64,000 nt of DNA from the NCBI GenBank assembly GCA_919902985.1, contig CAKKSC010000009.1:11871-75870 (forward strand), given 5' to 3'. The position numbers and the translations under genes were made by a program. This document shows positions 62,719 through 64,000 of this stretch, piece after piece (position 1 is the first letter of the stretch; the number at the start of each line of letters is the position of its first letter). The DNA comes from Desulfuromonadales bacterium (GTDB taxonomy: Bacteria; Desulfobacterota; JAENJC01). A model generated the notes under the pieces. That model ran no database searches, was not told the origin of the DNA, and saw nothing but the letters and a program-made list of their open reading frames with translations.

Positions 62719-63087
62719 CTAACTCCTGTCCAAGAATTTATGCCCCTTAAAGGACACTGTTAGAACAATTATTGTAAATCCTGCCAGAAAGGCAAGGGGA
62801 TCCGCCAGTCCGGAATATATCAACAGAGTTGCAAATACCATAACAAAAAGGAATTTAAGCAGGTAACTTGCAGCGTATCTCGCCGCTCTTCCCTGTGTAA
62901 GCGCTCCTTTAACAATCATTCTGAGCCAGTTGAAATTAATTATGCTTACCAAACCACCAGTCCATACCCCTATAACTGCTTTATAGGAACCGGAGATAAG
63001 CCATCCAATAAAAGACACACCGGCAACCAGTGCAAAACTAGCCAGTTCCAGCGACCAGGTATTCTTCGGTGTACCTTCATCCATCAC
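62719..63087 (-). CDS. atpI: ATP synthase protein I-like membrane protein
   Basis: 122-aa four-helix hydrophobic ORF directly upstream of atpB. Confidence 0.55.
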   Translation of the reverse strand: MMDEGTPKNTWSLELASFALVAGVSFIGWLISGSYKAVIGVWTGGLVSIINFNWLRMIVKGALTQGRAARYAASYLLKFLFVMVFATLLIYSGLADPLAFLAGFTIIVLTVSFKGHKFLDRS

Positions 63088-63097
63088 AACGGGCCTA

Positions 63098-63364
63098 TTA
63101 ACTATCTTCCTGCTTATCTTCTTTTGCGATCCTTAAAATGACCCTAAAGGCTGCAATAATCCCGTAGAAAAGGAATATGATGGTCATCCAGGGTGGCGTT
63201 TTAAGGAACTTATCGAGGTATATCCCTATAAGTAGCCCTATGAATACGGAAAACCCCATTTCGAGGCCAATAGTACTGTACCTCGATACAAGCTTAAAGA
63301 GCTCTTTTCTATCCTCCACCAAAATGCACCTTGAAAGGTAACGCACTTTAATAGCACGGAACAA
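63098..63364 (-). CDS. atpZ: AtpZ/AtpI-family small membrane protein
   Basis: 88 aa: ..GLEMGFSVFIGLLIGIYLDKFL.T.PWMTIIFLFYGIIAAF.. Confidence 0.6.
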   Translation of the reverse strand: MFRAIKVRYLSRCILVEDRKELFKLVSRYSTIGLEMGFSVFIGLLIGIYLDKFLKTPPWMTIIFLFYGIIAAFRVILRIAKEDKQEDS

Positions 63365-63406
63365 CTTGATATGTCAACCCTTTTTTTAGTTCTTTTTTAG
63401 ATGCTT

Positions 63407-64000
63407 TTAGATTGTCTTTAACACCTCATCTGCGGCAATAAGGGTTTTTTCAATATCTTTTTCTGAATGCGCCAGCGACGTAAACGCCGCTTCAAACTGA
63501 GACGGGGCCAGATAGACCCCTCTTTCCAGCATACCCATAAAGAATCTTCCGAACTTTTCTGTATTAGAACTCTTTGCAGTACCCCAGTCATAAACAGGCT
63601 GGCTGGTAAAGAACGAAGTGAACATGGCGCCAACCCTGTTTAGAGTCGATGCCTGATTATGCTTTTTGGCCAGCGCAACCAGCTCAGCACAAAGATGTCC
63701 GGCCGTTTCCTCCAGCTTCTCGTAAGTCTCGGGCTGTTTCAGAAACTTCAGTGTCTCGATACCGGCAGTCATGGCCAGAGGATTTCCAGAAAGGGTCCCA
63801 GCCTGATAAATAGGCCCTGCAGGGGCTATCTTCTGCATTATCTCCCTTTTCCCGCCGTAAGCTCCGACTGGGAGACCTCCGCCTATGACCTTTCCCAGGC
63901 AGGTAAGATCAGGCTTAATGTTGTATCTCTCCTGAGCTCCACCGAAGGCAACCCTGAACCCCGTCATGACCTCATCGAATATGAGCAATGCGCCGTGCTC
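63407..64000 (-). CDS. hemL: Glutamate-1-semialdehyde 2,1-aminomutase (3' part; the 5' end lies beyond the window)
   Basis: ..[19 protein letters not shown]...[45 protein letters not shown]. Confidence 0.93.
   Translation of the reverse strand, partial: EHGALLIFDEVMTGFRVAFGGAQERYNIKPDLTCLGKVIGGGLPVGAYGGKREIMQKIAPAGPIYQAGTLSGNPLAMTAGIETLKFLKQPETYEKLEETAGHLCAELVALAKKHNQASTLNRVGAMFTSFFTSQPVYDWGTAKSSNTEKFGRFFMGMLERGVYLAPSQFEAAFTSLAHSEKDIEKTLIAADEVLKTI

Noticed and set aside
61610-63364. N-type (AtpDCQRBEFAG) Na+-ATPase operon
   Set aside because: The gene order is atpZ-atpI-atpB-atpE followed by a terminator. No atpD/C lie upstream and no atpQ/R-like pair is present. It is better explained as a split F-type operon.

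Overview
This 64-kb window comes from a diderm bacterium, as shown by kdsB, tamB, surA-like genes and several outer-membrane barrels. It probably belongs to an anaerobic lineage, but I cannot name the taxon from sequence alone. No rRNA, tRNA or CRISPR array was recognised.

Layout:
- 0.3-22.3 kb: housekeeping genes. These are hup, an MFS transporter, kdsB, tsaC, a GspE/PilB ATPase, ppnP, hrcA-grpE-dnaJ, pdxA with two parvulin PPIases, hemE-hemH-hemY, trpE, nusB and asd.
- 22.5-26.3 kb: a small decayed accessory islet. It holds a frameshifted and truncated type IIG restriction-modification gene, a RAYT (REP-associated tyrosine transposase) with its REP hairpins, a class-I Fic toxin with a convergent SxxxEG mini-protein, and a Phd/VapC pair.
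- 26.3-35.1 kb: tamB, prfB with the classical +1 frameshift, and a porin/ZnuA/ZnuB-like metal-uptake cluster with no ATPase gene.
- 35.1-61.5 kb: a very large anaerobic (cbi-type) cobalamin locus controlled by three cobalamin riboswitches, two in tandem at the 5' end and one internal. It contains an outer-membrane channel gene, cbiMN-Q-O, cbiD, cbiET, cbiL, cbiF, cbiG, cbiH, a geranylgeranyl-reductase-like flavoprotein, cobQ, DUF3786, cbiB, cobD, cobO, cobU, cobT, cobS, cobC, cbiA, a ThiC paralogue (BzaF candidate) and a cbiX-cbiC fusion.
- 61.6-64.0 kb: atpZ-I-B-E and the 3' part of hemL.

The most unusual property is the density of short palindromic repeat families sitting inside coding sequences and read through in frame. 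The clearest is a ~60-bp double-palindrome element (core GGGACTGTCCC) that I do not recognise. It is concentrated in the cobalamin operon and also sits inside hemY.

The best functional hypotheses are these:
- The operon-embedded GGR-like flavoprotein may replace the missing CbiJ reductase.
- The ThiC paralogue may be a 5-hydroxybenzimidazole synthase.
- The riboswitch-controlled outer-membrane barrel may be a cobalt channel.

All calls rest on reading the supplied translations and DNA by eye. No database search was run, and start codons and repeat borders are approximate.
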